Program-made: the position numbers and the translations under genes
Shown: positions 10,052-19,361 of the stretch, piece by piece
How positions within the stretch are numbered: position 1 is the stretch's first letter
Layout of the letters: every line of letters starts with the position of its first letter
Source: Candidatus Latescibacterota bacterium
Lineage (GTDB): Bacteria > Latescibacterota > UBA2968 > UBA8231
Assembly (NCBI GenBank): GCA_965204725.1
Contig: OZ242005.1
Coordinates: 3,040,001 to 3,104,000 of the forward strand
Length of the DNA stretch: 64,000 nucleotides
Reading direction: 5' to 3'
The notes under the pieces: model-generated
Databases searched by the model: none
Seen by the model: only the letters and a program-made list of their open reading frames with translations
What the model was told of the DNA's origin: nothing

Positions 10052-10180
10052 ATCGCGCTCCTTCGTCGCCCGAGCAAATATGCGATGCGCGCTCGATCTT
10101 GCCAAAGGCCAACAGGCCCGTCGTTGACCTAGTATACCATTTATCCTAAATTGACTTGCATCCATTAGAGAGCCTATTCG

Positions 10181-11629
10181 ATGTCCCTGCCCAGCACTGC
10201 ATCCGACCTCAAAGCACTCTGCCTCCACATCAACGCCCATTGTCCCGCCGGTGGCCTTTTTGAAGGCGACCGCACTCATCTACACCCGGACAGCAATCTA
10301 CCTTGGCGCATTGCCCCAGAGCCTTTCTGGCTCTCGCCGGCGCAACACCGCTACCTAGACCAACTCGGCGGGGTCCTACATCAGTTTTACAGGGCCTGCA
10401 ACCAGCTCTACCACCAGAGCGTCAAGGGCGTTGAGCCGCCTTGGATTCACGAGTACTTAGACTTGGGCAAACCGAGTGCCGTACGCGAAATGGGCCGCTG
10501 GAATCGCATCAAGTCCCAGTTGCCCTTGGTCATCCGTCCAGACCTCCTACTCACCGAGGACGGCTTCAAACTGGTCGAGCTCGACGCCATCCCCGGCGGC
10601 ATGGGATTCACCGCCCAAATCTCGGAGGTCTATGATGACCTCGGCTACGACATTATCGGCGGTGCCCGCGGCCTGATCGACCCATTCTACGAAGCCATGG
10701 CCGCGGCCGCCAAGGTAGCCGAGCCGCATTTCGCCCTCTTCGTCTCGGACGAGTCCGCGGCCTATCGCCGAGAAATGGAATGGCTGGTTGAGTGCTTGCA
10801 GGCGGCCGGCAAACCGGCCCGCAGTGCCCACCCACGCGAGGCTCGCTTTGACGAAAACGGCCTCTTCCTCCAAGGTGCGGACGAGCCGGCCCCGTGGCGC
10901 ATTGACGCAGCCTATCGCTTTTTCGAGTTGTTCGACCTCAAAAATATCCCCAAGGCCGAGCTTTTTGCTTACTTCACCAAGAAAAACGCCCTGTGCTTGA
11001 CGCCGCCGCCAAAGGCATATCTCGAAGAAAAGCTCTGGCTGGCCCTCTACCACCATCCCGCGCTCAAATCCTATTGGCATCGCGCCTTGGGCAAGGAGCC
11101 TTTTGCCGCTTTGGGCAGCCTGATCCCGCGCTCTTGGATTGTAGATGCGCGGCCGCTGCCGCCCCACGCCATCATTCCCGGCCTCGACATTGGCGGCCAA
11201 CCCGTCAACGACTGGCAGCAGCTCAAGCAGCTAACCAAGAAGCAGCGCGAGCTCGTGCTCAAGCCCTCGGGTTTTTCCAACCTAGCCTATGAGAGCAAGG
11301 GCGTGTCCATCGGCCACGACCTATCCGAAGCCGAGTGGGCCGAGCGCGTACAAGAGGCCCTAGATCGCTTTGCCTATCAGCCCTATGTTTTGCAGGAATT
11401 CCACAAGGCCGCCCGCCGCAGGGTGCGCTACTACGACTTTGACCGCGACGAGGTCGTGCCCATGCGGGGCCGAGTGATGCTGCGTCCTTATTACTATGTC
11501 ATTGGCGACGCGCCGCGGCTGTGCGGCATCCAAGCCCTCGTATTCCCGGCCGACAAGAAGATCCTACACGGCATGGTTGACGCTGCGATTATGCCTTGTG
11601 CGGCGTCCGCGGAAAAATCCCCCTTCTAA
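10181..11629 (+). CDS. ATP-grasp-like amide ligase (glutathionylspermidine synthase / circularly permuted ATP-grasp type), substrate unknown
   Basis: 'RPDLLLTEDGFKLVELDAIPGG', 'LVLKPSGFS...SKGVSIG', 'YVLQEF' resemble ATP-grasp motifs. Confidence 0.65.
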   Translation: MSLPSTASDLKALCLHINAHCPAGGLFEGDRTHLHPDSNLPWRIAPEPFWLSPAQHRYLDQLGGVLHQFYRACNQLYHQSVKGVEPPWIHEYLDLGKPSAVREMGRWNRIKSQLPLVIRPDLLLTEDGFKLVELDAIPGGMGFTAQISEVYDDLGYDIIGGARGLIDPFYEAMAAAAKVAEPHFALFVSDESAAYRREMEWLVECLQAAGKPARSAHPREARFDENGLFLQGADEPAPWRIDAAYRFFELFDLKNIPKAELFAYFTKKNALCLTPPPKAYLEEKLWLALYHHPALKSYWHRALGKEPFAALGSLIPRSWIVDARPLPPHAIIPGLDIGGQPVNDWQQLKQLTKKQRELVLKPSGFSNLAYESKGVSIGHDLSEAEWAERVQEALDRFAYQPYVLQEFHKAARRRVRYYDFDRDEVVPMRGRVMLRPYYYVIGDAPRLCGIQALVFPADKKILHGMVDAAIMPCAASAEKSPF

Positions 11630-11634
11630 GCACC

Positions 11635-12684
11635 GTGCTTTCCCTAGACGAAAAACTAACCCACCTCGAAGAAATTCTGCGCCCCATGGGCCAAGTGCTG
11701 GTCGGTTATTCGGGCGGGGTCGATAGTGCCACGCTAGCGGTGGCGGCTCAGCGGGTCTTGGGCGAGGGGGCCATCTGCGTCACTGCAGACTCTGAAAGCT
11801 ATGCCACTGGCGAGTTGGAGAAGGCCGCCGAGATCACTCGCGAGTTCGGCATCCGCCACGAGGTGGTCAAGACCCGCGAGCTAGCCAACCCCGACTACGC
11901 AAAAAACGCGCCCAACCGCTGCTACTACTGCAAGCAAGAGCTCTTCACCCACATGGAGCAGCTCGCGCACACCCTCAATATCAACTACATCCTCTACGGC
12001 CAAAACGCCGACGACATCGGCGATTTCCGGCCCGGGGCCGCGGCAGCCCGCGAACGCGGCGTCCACGCGCCCCTAGCCGAAGCGGGCCTGACGAAGGACG
12101 ATGTGCGCACCCTAGCCAAGCGCTGGGGGTTGGCCGTGTGGGACCGCCCGGCCATGGCTTGCCTCTCGTCGCGCTTCCCCTACGGCACGCCGGTCACCGC
12201 CGAGGGCCTGCGCCAAATCGACTGCGCCGAGCGCTATCTGCGCACGGTCTGTGGCTTTGAGCAAGTCCGCGCCCGCCATCACGAGACGCTGTCGCGCATC
12301 GAGTTGCCCGCTGAGGACTTGACGCGCCTATTGAGCAACCCGGATGGGTGCCGGTCTTTGGTGGAACGCTTGCGGGAGATTGGCTACCTGCAAACCACGG
12401 CCGATCTGTGCGGCTTCCGCTCCGGCAGCATGAACGAGGCTCTGCTCACCATCGCTGACTCCGGTGCCGACGAGCCGCTCTTTGCGCGAGTCAATCCGCT
12501 GCTCGCAGCGCATTCGCTCCTGCCGGCCGCGTACGAGCAGCGCGACCTCATGCTCGTCCTGCGCTTGCCGGCAAAAGCCATCGCCCGCCTCGCCTCGCCC
12601 CCGCTGCGGTCGGCCCTAGTGGCTGCGCTCGCAGACTTGGGCTTCCGCTATATTGCCCTCGACTTAGACCCCTTGGACAGATGA
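11635..12684 (+). CDS. larE: ATP-dependent sulfur transferase LarE family, with duplicated C-terminal domain
   Basis: PP-loop SGGVDS, 'NRCYYCK', 'DFRPG', 'ACLSSRFPYG', 'GFRSGSMN'; GTG start 11635. Confidence 0.9.
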   Translation: MLSLDEKLTHLEEILRPMGQVLVGYSGGVDSATLAVAAQRVLGEGAICVTADSESYATGELEKAAEITREFGIRHEVVKTRELANPDYAKNAPNRCYYCKQELFTHMEQLAHTLNINYILYGQNADDIGDFRPGAAAARERGVHAPLAEAGLTKDDVRTLAKRWGLAVWDRPAMACLSSRFPYGTPVTAEGLRQIDCAERYLRTVCGFEQVRARHHETLSRIELPAEDLTRLLSNPDGCRSLVERLREIGYLQTTADLCGFRSGSMNEALLTIADSGADEPLFARVNPLLAAHSLLPAAYEQRDLMLVLRLPAKAIARLASPPLRSALVAALADLGFRYIALDLDPLDR

Positions 12685-13220
12685 AACGCGAAATCGCGCT
12701 GTTCGGGTCGCAGTGCCTCCGCCAGACCTGTGCCGAGGTCTTAGGGGTGGATGACGCCATCCGCGCCCTCGTCGCCGACCTCTTCGACTCCATGTACGCC
12801 GCGGCCGGGGTCGGGCTGGCCGCCCCGCAGATTGGCGTCCTCAAGCGGGTCTGCGTGGTTGACGTAGCCATCCATCAGCCGAGCCGCCAACCCGTGGCCT
12901 TAATCAACCCCAAGATCACCAGCCGCGAGGGCGAGCAAATCGGCGAGGAGGGGTGTCTGAGCTTTCCCGATCTGTACGGCGACGTCAAGCGCTACGCTTG
13001 GGTCGAAGTCGAGGCCCTTGGTCTCGATGGCCAGCCCTTCAAAACCGCGGGCGACGGCTTTTACGCCCGCGCCCTCCAGCACGAAATTGACCACCTCGAC
13101 GGCAAGCTCTTCATCGATTACCTCAGCCCGCTCAAACGCCAACTCATGCGCGGCGCACTCAAGCGGTTAAAAAAAGAGAGTGCCGCGCAGGTCCAAGCCT
13201 CGGCCATTGACAGCATTTAG
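12681..13220 (+). CDS. def: Peptide deformylase
   Basis: GVGLAAPQ, EGCLS, QHEIDHL motifs. Confidence 0.97.
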   Translation: MKREIALFGSQCLRQTCAEVLGVDDAIRALVADLFDSMYAAAGVGLAAPQIGVLKRVCVVDVAIHQPSRQPVALINPKITSREGEQIGEEGCLSFPDLYGDVKRYAWVEVEALGLDGQPFKTAGDGFYARALQHEIDHLDGKLFIDYLSPLKRQLMRGALKRLKKESAAQVQASAIDSI

Positions 13221-13235
13221 TCCGGCTCTTACCTT
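13207..13235 (+). promoter_or_regulatory. Sigma70 promoter for tRNA-Asp
   Basis: TTGACA (13207-13212), 17-bp spacer, TACCTT (13230-13235), about 22 nt upstream of the tRNA. Confidence 0.75.
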
Positions 13236-13257
13236 AGTTTTTAGTTGTCAAGTGAAT

Positions 13258-13334
13258 GGGGGCGTAGTTCAGTTGGTTAGAACGTCGGCCTGTCACGCCG
13301 AAGGTCGCGAGTTCGAGTCTCGTCGTCCCCGCCA
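13258..13334 (+). tRNA. tRNA-Asp (GTC)
   Basis: 77-nt cloverleaf: D-arm AGTTCAGTTGGTTAGAAC, anticodon arm TCGGC-CTGTCAC-GCCGA, GTTCGAG T-loop, encoded 3' CCA. Confidence 0.98.
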
Positions 13335-13342
13335 TTTTATCT

Positions 13343-13386
13343 AGCTCCTTTAGCGCGCTTTACGCGCTTGAGGAGCTTTTCTTTTG
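13343..13386 (+). terminator. Intrinsic terminator after tRNA-Asp
   Basis: AGCTCCTTTAGCGCG/CGCGCTTGAGGAGCT stem followed by TTTCTTTT. Confidence 0.8.
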
Positions 13387-13405
13387 CTTACTAGAAAGGT
13401 ACAAA

Positions 13406-14320
13406 ATGCAAGAGCGCGTCCGCGAAATTCTAAGCTGGTATGGCAGCGACAACCCCGGCACCTTGACCAACTTGGCTCGCCTACTCAACCACGGTGCGCT
13501 CGGGGGCACGGGCAAGCTAGTCATCCTGCCCGTAGATCAGGGCGTCGAGCACGGACCCGGGCGCAGCTTTGCCCCCAATCCGCCCGCGTACGATCCGCGC
13601 TATCACTTTGAACTGGCCATTGCCGCTGGCCTCAGTGCATACGCCGCCCCGCTCGGGTTTCTCGAAGCCGGTGTGCGCGACTTTGCCGGCGATTTGCCGC
13701 TAATCCTCAAACTCAACAACCGCGAAAACCTGCACGCTGATGCAGACCCCACCCAGTCGCTTACTGGCTCCATTGACGCCGCCCTGCGCTTGGGTTGCGT
13801 TGGCATCGGCTACACGGTCTATCCGGGTTCGGCCCTGCGGCAAGAGATGTACGAAAAGCTGCAAGCCCTAGCAGAAGAGGCCAAGCGGTGCGGTTTGGTC
13901 GTGGTGGTCTGGTCCTATCCGCGCGGCACGGACTTGAGCAAGGACGGGGAGACCGGGCTCGACGTCACCGCGTACGCCGCCCAAATCGCCGCCCAGCTAG
14001 GGGCCCATATCATCAAGGTCAAACCGCCTACGGCCCACATTGAGCAGAGCGAAGCCCGGCCGGCCTATTCGGAGGTGCCGGCCAGCACCTTGGCCGAGCG
14101 CGTCCGCCACGTGGTGCAAGCGGCGTTCAATGGGCGGCGCGTGGTGATCTTTTCTGGAGGCCCGGCCAAGGGCGACGAGGAAATCATCGAGGAAATCACT
14201 GGCATCCGCGGCGGCGGCGGCTTTGGCTCCATTATCGGCCGCAACGCTTTCCAGCGAGAGCGCGGACCGGCTTTGGACCTGTTGCAGCGCATTGTGGCGA
14301 CCTACGCGGCTAAAGCCTGA
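13406..14320 (+). CDS. fbaB: Class I fructose-bisphosphate aldolase (FbaB/DhnA family)
   Basis: 'ILPVDQGVEHGP', 'WSYPRG', Schiff-base 'AHIIKVK', 'GSIIGRNAFQR'. Confidence 0.93.
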   Translation: MQERVREILSWYGSDNPGTLTNLARLLNHGALGGTGKLVILPVDQGVEHGPGRSFAPNPPAYDPRYHFELAIAAGLSAYAAPLGFLEAGVRDFAGDLPLILKLNNRENLHADADPTQSLTGSIDAALRLGCVGIGYTVYPGSALRQEMYEKLQALAEEAKRCGLVVVVWSYPRGTDLSKDGETGLDVTAYAAQIAAQLGAHIIKVKPPTAHIEQSEARPAYSEVPASTLAERVRHVVQAAFNGRRVVIFSGGPAKGDEEIIEEITGIRGGGGFGSIIGRNAFQRERGPALDLLQRIVATYAAKA

Positions 14321-14323
14321 AAA

Positions 14324-15718
14324 TCACAGCGATTGCAAAAAGGCGATGAGCGCATCGCGGTCGGCCGCGTCGAGCTGACGCACGAATTCTCGCGCTTTCT
14401 CGGCCTCGCCGCCGTGAAACATAATGGCTTCCATCAGCGTCCTCGCTCGGCCATCGTGGAGGTACGCGGGAATACCATTGACTGTGGCCGTCAGCCCAAT
14501 CCCCCACAGCGGCGGGGTGCGCCACTCGCGGCCATCGGCGTCAAAGTCGGGCCGCTCATCGGCCAATTCCTCCCCCATGTCGTGTAGCAGCAAGTCTGTA
14601 TAGGGGTGGATGGTTTGGTTGGCCAAGGCCGCAATCTCGTGGCGGCCCGTCTGCAAGGTGGGAAGATGGCAGCCCGAGCACTGGGCTTCCACAAAAAGTG
14701 CTTCGCCGCGCAACACCTGCGGATCGTCGATATTGCGGCGCGCCGGCACCGCCAACGTCTGCACGTAAAAGGTGTTGATCTCCAGCGTTTCTCGGCTGAT
14801 TTCGGGGTCGTCCGCACGGCCATCCACCTGCGGCTGACCGGCGGTGGATTCCACGGGAAAATAGGGGCTGGTGATACCCATATCCTGCTGATAGGCCCGG
14901 GCGACTTGCTGCAATAGGTCGGGGTTGTTGGCCTTGTGGCCGAAGCGGCCTAATTCGGTCTGTTGGGTGCGAAAGTTATAGACCCAGTTGGGGCGGCCGG
15001 AGAGGCCATCCCCGTCGCGGTCGCCGGGATCGGCCCGCGCCACAATCGTCTCTTCGGCAATGGCGGCGAGCAAACCGCGCCCAAATACCGGCGGTGCCAT
15101 GCGCGGCGAGAAGAGCACACCGGCTGGCAAGGGCTGATAGGCATCGACTATTTCGTACTGGGGGAAGCGCAGCGAATAGGCTTGGCCATCGGCGAAATAG
15201 CGGGTTTCTTCAAAGTAGGTCAGGTCAATCCGCGCTTCAGGCTCCACCCCGAACACGGCGCGGTCGCCGATTTGCTCGCCAAACCCCGGCACGGGCTGAG
15301 GCCCACCGGGCACTTGGGGATTGAACCCCGGGAGGCTGACCCGCATGAGCATGGAGCCAATGAACGGGGCGTCGATGCCAAACCCATCGCGGCCGCGGCC
15401 ATCGCGGGCGTGGCAACCGACGCACGAGGTCTGATTGAACACCGGCCCCAGCCCATGCCCCACCTCGGCCGGTGCGGTGACAAAAACCTGTTCAAAGGCC
15501 GCATCGCCCGCCAAGAAGCGTTCCAACTCCAAGCCGTCCAGCGCCGGGATGGGGTTTTCAAACGCCGTGCTGCTGGCGTCGAACACCGTGGCCGCTCCAC
15601 CGGATAGCAGGCGGTCGTCCGGTGCGGGCGTCGGCCCTAGCCCAGCGCGGTCGTCGCCGCAGTGGGCTAGGGCACCGAGGAGAAGTGGATAGAGTGCGGA
15701 TGTACGGGTTCGGACCAT
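14324..15718 (-). CDS. Di-heme oxidoreductase family lipoprotein (DHOR/DUF1111)
   Basis: Lipobox-like LAHC; two CxxCH motifs (CVGCH, CSGCH); 'PYTDLLLHDMG', 'WRTPPLWGIG', 'YLHDGRARTL'. Confidence 0.92.
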   Translation of the reverse strand: MVRTRTSALYPLLLGALAHCGDDRAGLGPTPAPDDRLLSGGAATVFDASSTAFENPIPALDGLELERFLAGDAAFEQVFVTAPAEVGHGLGPVFNQTSCVGCHARDGRGRDGFGIDAPFIGSMLMRVSLPGFNPQVPGGPQPVPGFGEQIGDRAVFGVEPEARIDLTYFEETRYFADGQAYSLRFPQYEIVDAYQPLPAGVLFSPRMAPPVFGRGLLAAIAEETIVARADPGDRDGDGLSGRPNWVYNFRTQQTELGRFGHKANNPDLLQQVARAYQQDMGITSPYFPVESTAGQPQVDGRADDPEISRETLEINTFYVQTLAVPARRNIDDPQVLRGEALFVEAQCSGCHLPTLQTGRHEIAALANQTIHPYTDLLLHDMGEELADERPDFDADGREWRTPPLWGIGLTATVNGIPAYLHDGRARTLMEAIMFHGGEAEKAREFVRQLDAADRDALIAFLQSL

Positions 15719-15749
15719 TTTCCTCTACTCTAGGCGAGGCCGGGCGGGT

Positions 15750-16832
15750 TTAACTCCCCAACACCAGCGGCAGGATATCCTCCTCTAAGGTCCGCTGAAT
15801 GCGGGCCACCGCCGCCTGCGCCGTTTCGATTTGGTCCCGATCGGAGGAAATGGCGTCGCGGAAGGGCTGCTCAATGCGGCCAATCTCGTCGATGGCGGCC
15901 TCGATTTCCCGTTTGAGCCGCTGATCTAGAGCGGCGTCGGTCTGGCTGATGAACTCGTCCAAGCCTCGGCCGGGGCCTGCGTAGTCGCCGGTATAGACGT
16001 TTTGGACGCTGCGGATGTTGTTTTGGAAATCGGCGATGGAATTGAAGCTGAACTGGGATTCGACCAAGCGGGGGTCTTCCTCGACGAAGGGGTCGGCGAT
16101 TTTGCCGTTGGCCACCTCGTCGCAGATGCCGATCATGCCGTTGACCATCTCTTGGACCGCCGACTGGGCAGACGGATAGACATCGCTGCCATTGCCGGCG
16201 TCGCGCACCTTCTGGCCGAAGTTGCCCCCAGCGGCAACCCAGCTCGTGTGTAGGGCACTCGCCGTGGCCTTGAGGTCTTGCGTGGTGGCAATCAGGTAAG
16301 CGAACTCGCGCTCGGTCAATTCGGCAGCGGTCTTACTGCGCCCTTCGCCAAAAAGCAGGTACTCAATGGTGTGGAAGCCCTTGAGCGTCCCGTCCAGCCC
16401 ACCCACGTACTCCGCGGTCAAGTCGTCGTTGCTGGCCAGAACCCCATCGAGGTCGCTGTGATTGACCGGCCAACTATCCAGCGACGGATCGTAGCCGTTG
16501 AAATCCACCGGCCCAAAGAGGAATCCCTCGCTGGCTTCCCAAGGGATGCGCGTGGCCACCCAAGCGTCTTGGGCGGCACTGAGGTTTGCATCCGTCGGAC
16601 CGGCGCGCAGGGCCTCGACCGCGGCCAAAAGCTCCCCGGCCCGCTCGTCGAGATCCGCGTAGGTGGCAATGATGACCTTGTCGGTGAAGTCATTCAGGAT
16701 CGGCGAAAAATCGAACGATTCGGACGGGCCGACCGCGGTCTCGTCGTCATCGCCACAGCCGGCGAACAGCAGTACGCTGCAAGTGGCTAGCCCAAGTCCT
16801 AACCGCAGATATGAAGAGAAGATGGTTCGCAT
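15750..16832 (-). CDS. Imelysin-like (peptidase M75; IrpA/LruB type) iron-regulated lipoprotein
   Basis: Lipobox FAGC; 'WEASEGFLFGP', 'DSWP', GFHTIEYLLF (GxHxxE) motif; AGGAG RBS. Confidence 0.92.
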   Translation of the reverse strand: MRTIFSSYLRLGLGLATCSVLLFAGCGDDDETAVGPSESFDFSPILNDFTDKVIIATYADLDERAGELLAAVEALRAGPTDANLSAAQDAWVATRIPWEASEGFLFGPVDFNGYDPSLDSWPVNHSDLDGVLASNDDLTAEYVGGLDGTLKGFHTIEYLLFGEGRSKTAAELTEREFAYLIATTQDLKATASALHTSWVAAGGNFGQKVRDAGNGSDVYPSAQSAVQEMVNGMIGICDEVANGKIADPFVEEDPRLVESQFSFNSIADFQNNIRSVQNVYTGDYAGPGRGLDEFISQTDAALDQRLKREIEAAIDEIGRIEQPFRDAISSDRDQIETAQAAVARIQRTLEEDILPLVLGS

Positions 16833-16886
16833 GATGAATAGCTCCTTTTGGCGGAATTGAAAGCACGGCCGCAAGCGGCCCAGCTT

Positions 16887-18173
16887 TCAGAATTGAAACC
16901 CCAGCCCAATAGTCAGGGTATTTTCGTCGTTAAAGTGATCGGCCCCTAGCCGCCGCATGGCGTAGTCGGCTTTGAGCACCACGGTCTCTTCCATGTTATA
17001 GTTCGCGCCCAAGGTATAGACCGTGCGCTCAAAGCGCGGGTTGTCAAAGGTCTGCGTCGGGACCGCAAAGCACGGGCTATCAAAGGTCTGCGCCGGGACC
17101 TTGGCCATGGTATCGTATTGGTCGAAGCGAAAAAACACGTCTAGCCGAGCGCGTGGTTGGGCCACCAGCGAGGGCAGCAGATCCCAGCCGACTTCGACAA
17201 ACGCCGCGTACGCCCCTTCGGCCACTGGCGAGCGCAATACGTCTAAATTGTTGGAGAGCGTACGGTTGCACGCACTGACAACGGCTGCATTTTGCAGGTG
17301 CCCACGCAGGTAGAGCCCGCGCGCACGCAGGCGGCCCCAATTCAGTGCTCCGTGCAGGTCGAAAATGGAGACGTGCGCGTCCGTCCCCTCCATGTCGGGC
17401 TTGGGCCGATTGTCGGCGCTATCGCCGCGGTAGCCAGAAACGCCCAGCACGAGCTGCGGCGCGACTTGGTAATCCAAGCGGGCGACGCCGGCCATGTTGG
17501 TCGCCTGAATGGTTTCAAAGCGCTTTTGTTGGCCGCCGACAATCCAGTGCTGGCTGCTAAATCCGGTGGCGTCCAACCCGTTGACTAGCTGTAGTTGGTA
17601 CGACCAGCCTCGGTAGTGCCCGGACAGCTCCACGCCGGTTTCGTGCCAGAGGCTGGGGATGACGGATGTTTCGGCTTCTGACCGCCGCGTGCCGAAGAAG
17701 TCGGTTGGCTGGAAGTAGTGGCTCAAATAGCCTACGGCTACGTAGAAATGCCCCAAGCGCACAGCAAGGGCGTCGCTGAATTTCTTGGCGACGGCCAACT
17801 CCTCGACGATGACTTCGCCCCCTTTTTCTATTTCCTGCTCAAATTCGCCAAACTCTTCAAATTCCAATTCCAGCGCGGCCCCGGCCCCGCCGTGTTCAAA
17901 CTCGACTTCGGCCTCCAGTTCGACGTCTTTGAGTAGCTCGACTTTTAGCTCCAGCGCGAGGCGGGTGACGTCGATGATGGCGCGGCTGTCCGGTGGGGAA
18001 CCATGGGGGCCGCTCTTTTGGTCTGGCCCATAATCGAAGTGGGAGTACATCAGCTCGCCGTAGCCCTCTATGTGGAGAGGCGTTTTTCGCGCTGTCTCAG
18101 AATTCGCTGTCGAGCAGGCGATTAGGAGCAGGACAGACGCGGCGATAAACGGCTGAGAAAGCATGGAGCGCAT
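16887..18173 (-). CDS. Outer-membrane beta-barrel protein associated with the imelysin/DHOR cluster
   Basis: Signal peptide; 'EVEFEHGG', 'IEKGGEV', 'IPSLWHETG'; C-terminal GLGFQF barrel signal. Confidence 0.85.
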   Translation of the reverse strand: MRSMLSQPFIAASVLLLIACSTANSETARKTPLHIEGYGELMYSHFDYGPDQKSGPHGSPPDSRAIIDVTRLALELKVELLKDVELEAEVEFEHGGAGAALELEFEEFGEFEQEIEKGGEVIVEELAVAKKFSDALAVRLGHFYVAVGYLSHYFQPTDFFGTRRSEAETSVIPSLWHETGVELSGHYRGWSYQLQLVNGLDATGFSSQHWIVGGQQKRFETIQATNMAGVARLDYQVAPQLVLGVSGYRGDSADNRPKPDMEGTDAHVSIFDLHGALNWGRLRARGLYLRGHLQNAAVVSACNRTLSNNLDVLRSPVAEGAYAAFVEVGWDLLPSLVAQPRARLDVFFRFDQYDTMAKVPAQTFDSPCFAVPTQTFDNPRFERTVYTLGANYNMEETVVLKADYAMRRLGADHFNDENTLTIGLGFQF

Positions 18174-18203
18174 CCGGTCTCGGTTGTTAGTTATACAGAC
18201 AAC

Positions 18204-18251
18204 ACAGATGATTACTGCATAAAAATAATGTTATCTAATATAATCATCTGT
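18204..18251. promoter_or_regulatory. AT-rich operator candidate (Fur-like) upstream of the iron-uptake operon
   Basis: 11-bp inverted repeat ACAGATGATTA/TAATCATCTGT around AATAATGTTATCTAATA, resembling GATAAT hexamer arrays. Confidence 0.5.
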
Positions 18252-18338
18252 TTCATATATCAAACATTCGTATAGGATATGCTATTGCCGTTTGCTTGTC
18301 AATGGAAATTTTTGCGGGAGGAGTGGGACTTTGGCCCG

Positions 18339-19361
18339 CTAAGCTGGGTCAATTCCCTTTAGGTCGAGCTCGTGTTTGTGGTGGCAGGCGGCCCGATGCG
18401 ACTCGCCCTCCAGCGCGGGCCTCTGCTCGCTGCACACCTCGCTTTTGTAGCGGCAGCGCGGCGCGAACGCACACCCTCGGTCGCCAGCCGGCGTCGGTTC
18501 ACCCGCCTCGCTGACGTCTTCGTCGTCCTCCATCCACGAGGCGTGGGGGTCCGGCGCGGGCGCGGCTTCTAGCAATATGGCCGTATAGGGGTGTTGGGGT
18601 TGGGTAAAGAGGGTTTCGGTTGCGGCTTGTTCCACGATTCGGCCTTGGTACATGACGGCCACTTCGTCGCAGAGATAGCGCACCACGCTCAGGTCGTGGG
18701 CAATAAAGAGCAAGGTGAGGTTGAGGTCGGCCCGCAGTTGGCGGAGCAAGTTGAGAATCTGCGCTTGCACGCTGACGTCGAGCGCGGAGACGGGTTCGTC
18801 GGCCACGATGAGCGACGGGCTCAAGGCCAAGGCGCGGGCAATGCCGATGCGCTGCCGCTGGCCGCCCGAGAAGGCGTGTGGATAGCGGCGCGCATATCGG
18901 GGGTCTAGCCCCACCCGCTCCATCAGCTCACGCACGCGCTCGTGGCTGTCGTGCGCCGACCAGCCATAAGCCCGCAGCGGCTCGGCGATTAGGTCGCGCA
19001 CCGGCATCCGCGGATTTAGCGACGAGTACGGGTCTTGGAAAATCATCTGCATCTGCCGGCGGGCTTGAACGACTTGGCGGCGACCGAGCTGGGCCATATC
19101 TACGACCTGCGTACTCTGTTGCCGAAAGAGGATCTCCCCGGCGGTTGGGTCTAGGGCGCGGAGAATCATCCGCCCGGTGGTGGTCTTGCCGCAACCGCTC
19201 TCGCCAACCAGCCCCAAAATTTTGCCCTCAACGAGCGCGAAGCTCACGCCATCTACGGCCTTTACCCACCCCGTCTGCCGCTGTAAAAGCCCCCGGCGCA
19301 CGGGAAAGTACTTTTTTAACCCCCGCACTTGCAGGAGGACGTCCTCGGCCCCTTTAGGCAT
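18339..19361 (-). CDS. Oligopeptide/dipeptide ABC transporter ATP-binding subunit (OppF/DppF-like)
   Basis: [26 protein letters not shown]-terminal Cys-containing oligo_HPY domain. Confidence 0.93.
   Translation of the reverse strand: MPKGAEDVLLQVRGLKKYFPVRRGLLQRQTGWVKAVDGVSFALVEGKILGLVGESGCGKTTTGRMILRALDPTAGEILFRQQSTQVVDMAQLGRRQVVQARRQMQMIFQDPYSSLNPRMPVRDLIAEPLRAYGWSAHDSHERVRELMERVGLDPRYARRYPHAFSGGQRQRIGIARALALSPSLIVADEPVSALDVSVQAQILNLLRQLRADLNLTLLFIAHDLSVVRYLCDEVAVMYQGRIVEQAATETLFTQPQHPYTAILLEAAPAPDPHASWMEDDEDVSEAGEPTPAGDRGCAFAPRCRYKSEVCSEQRPALEGESHRAACHHKHELDLKGIDPA

Noticed and set aside
13258-13400. tRNA-Asp as an integration site
   Set aside because: No integrase nearby and no duplicate of the tRNA 3' end seen; followed by a terminator and a housekeeping gene.
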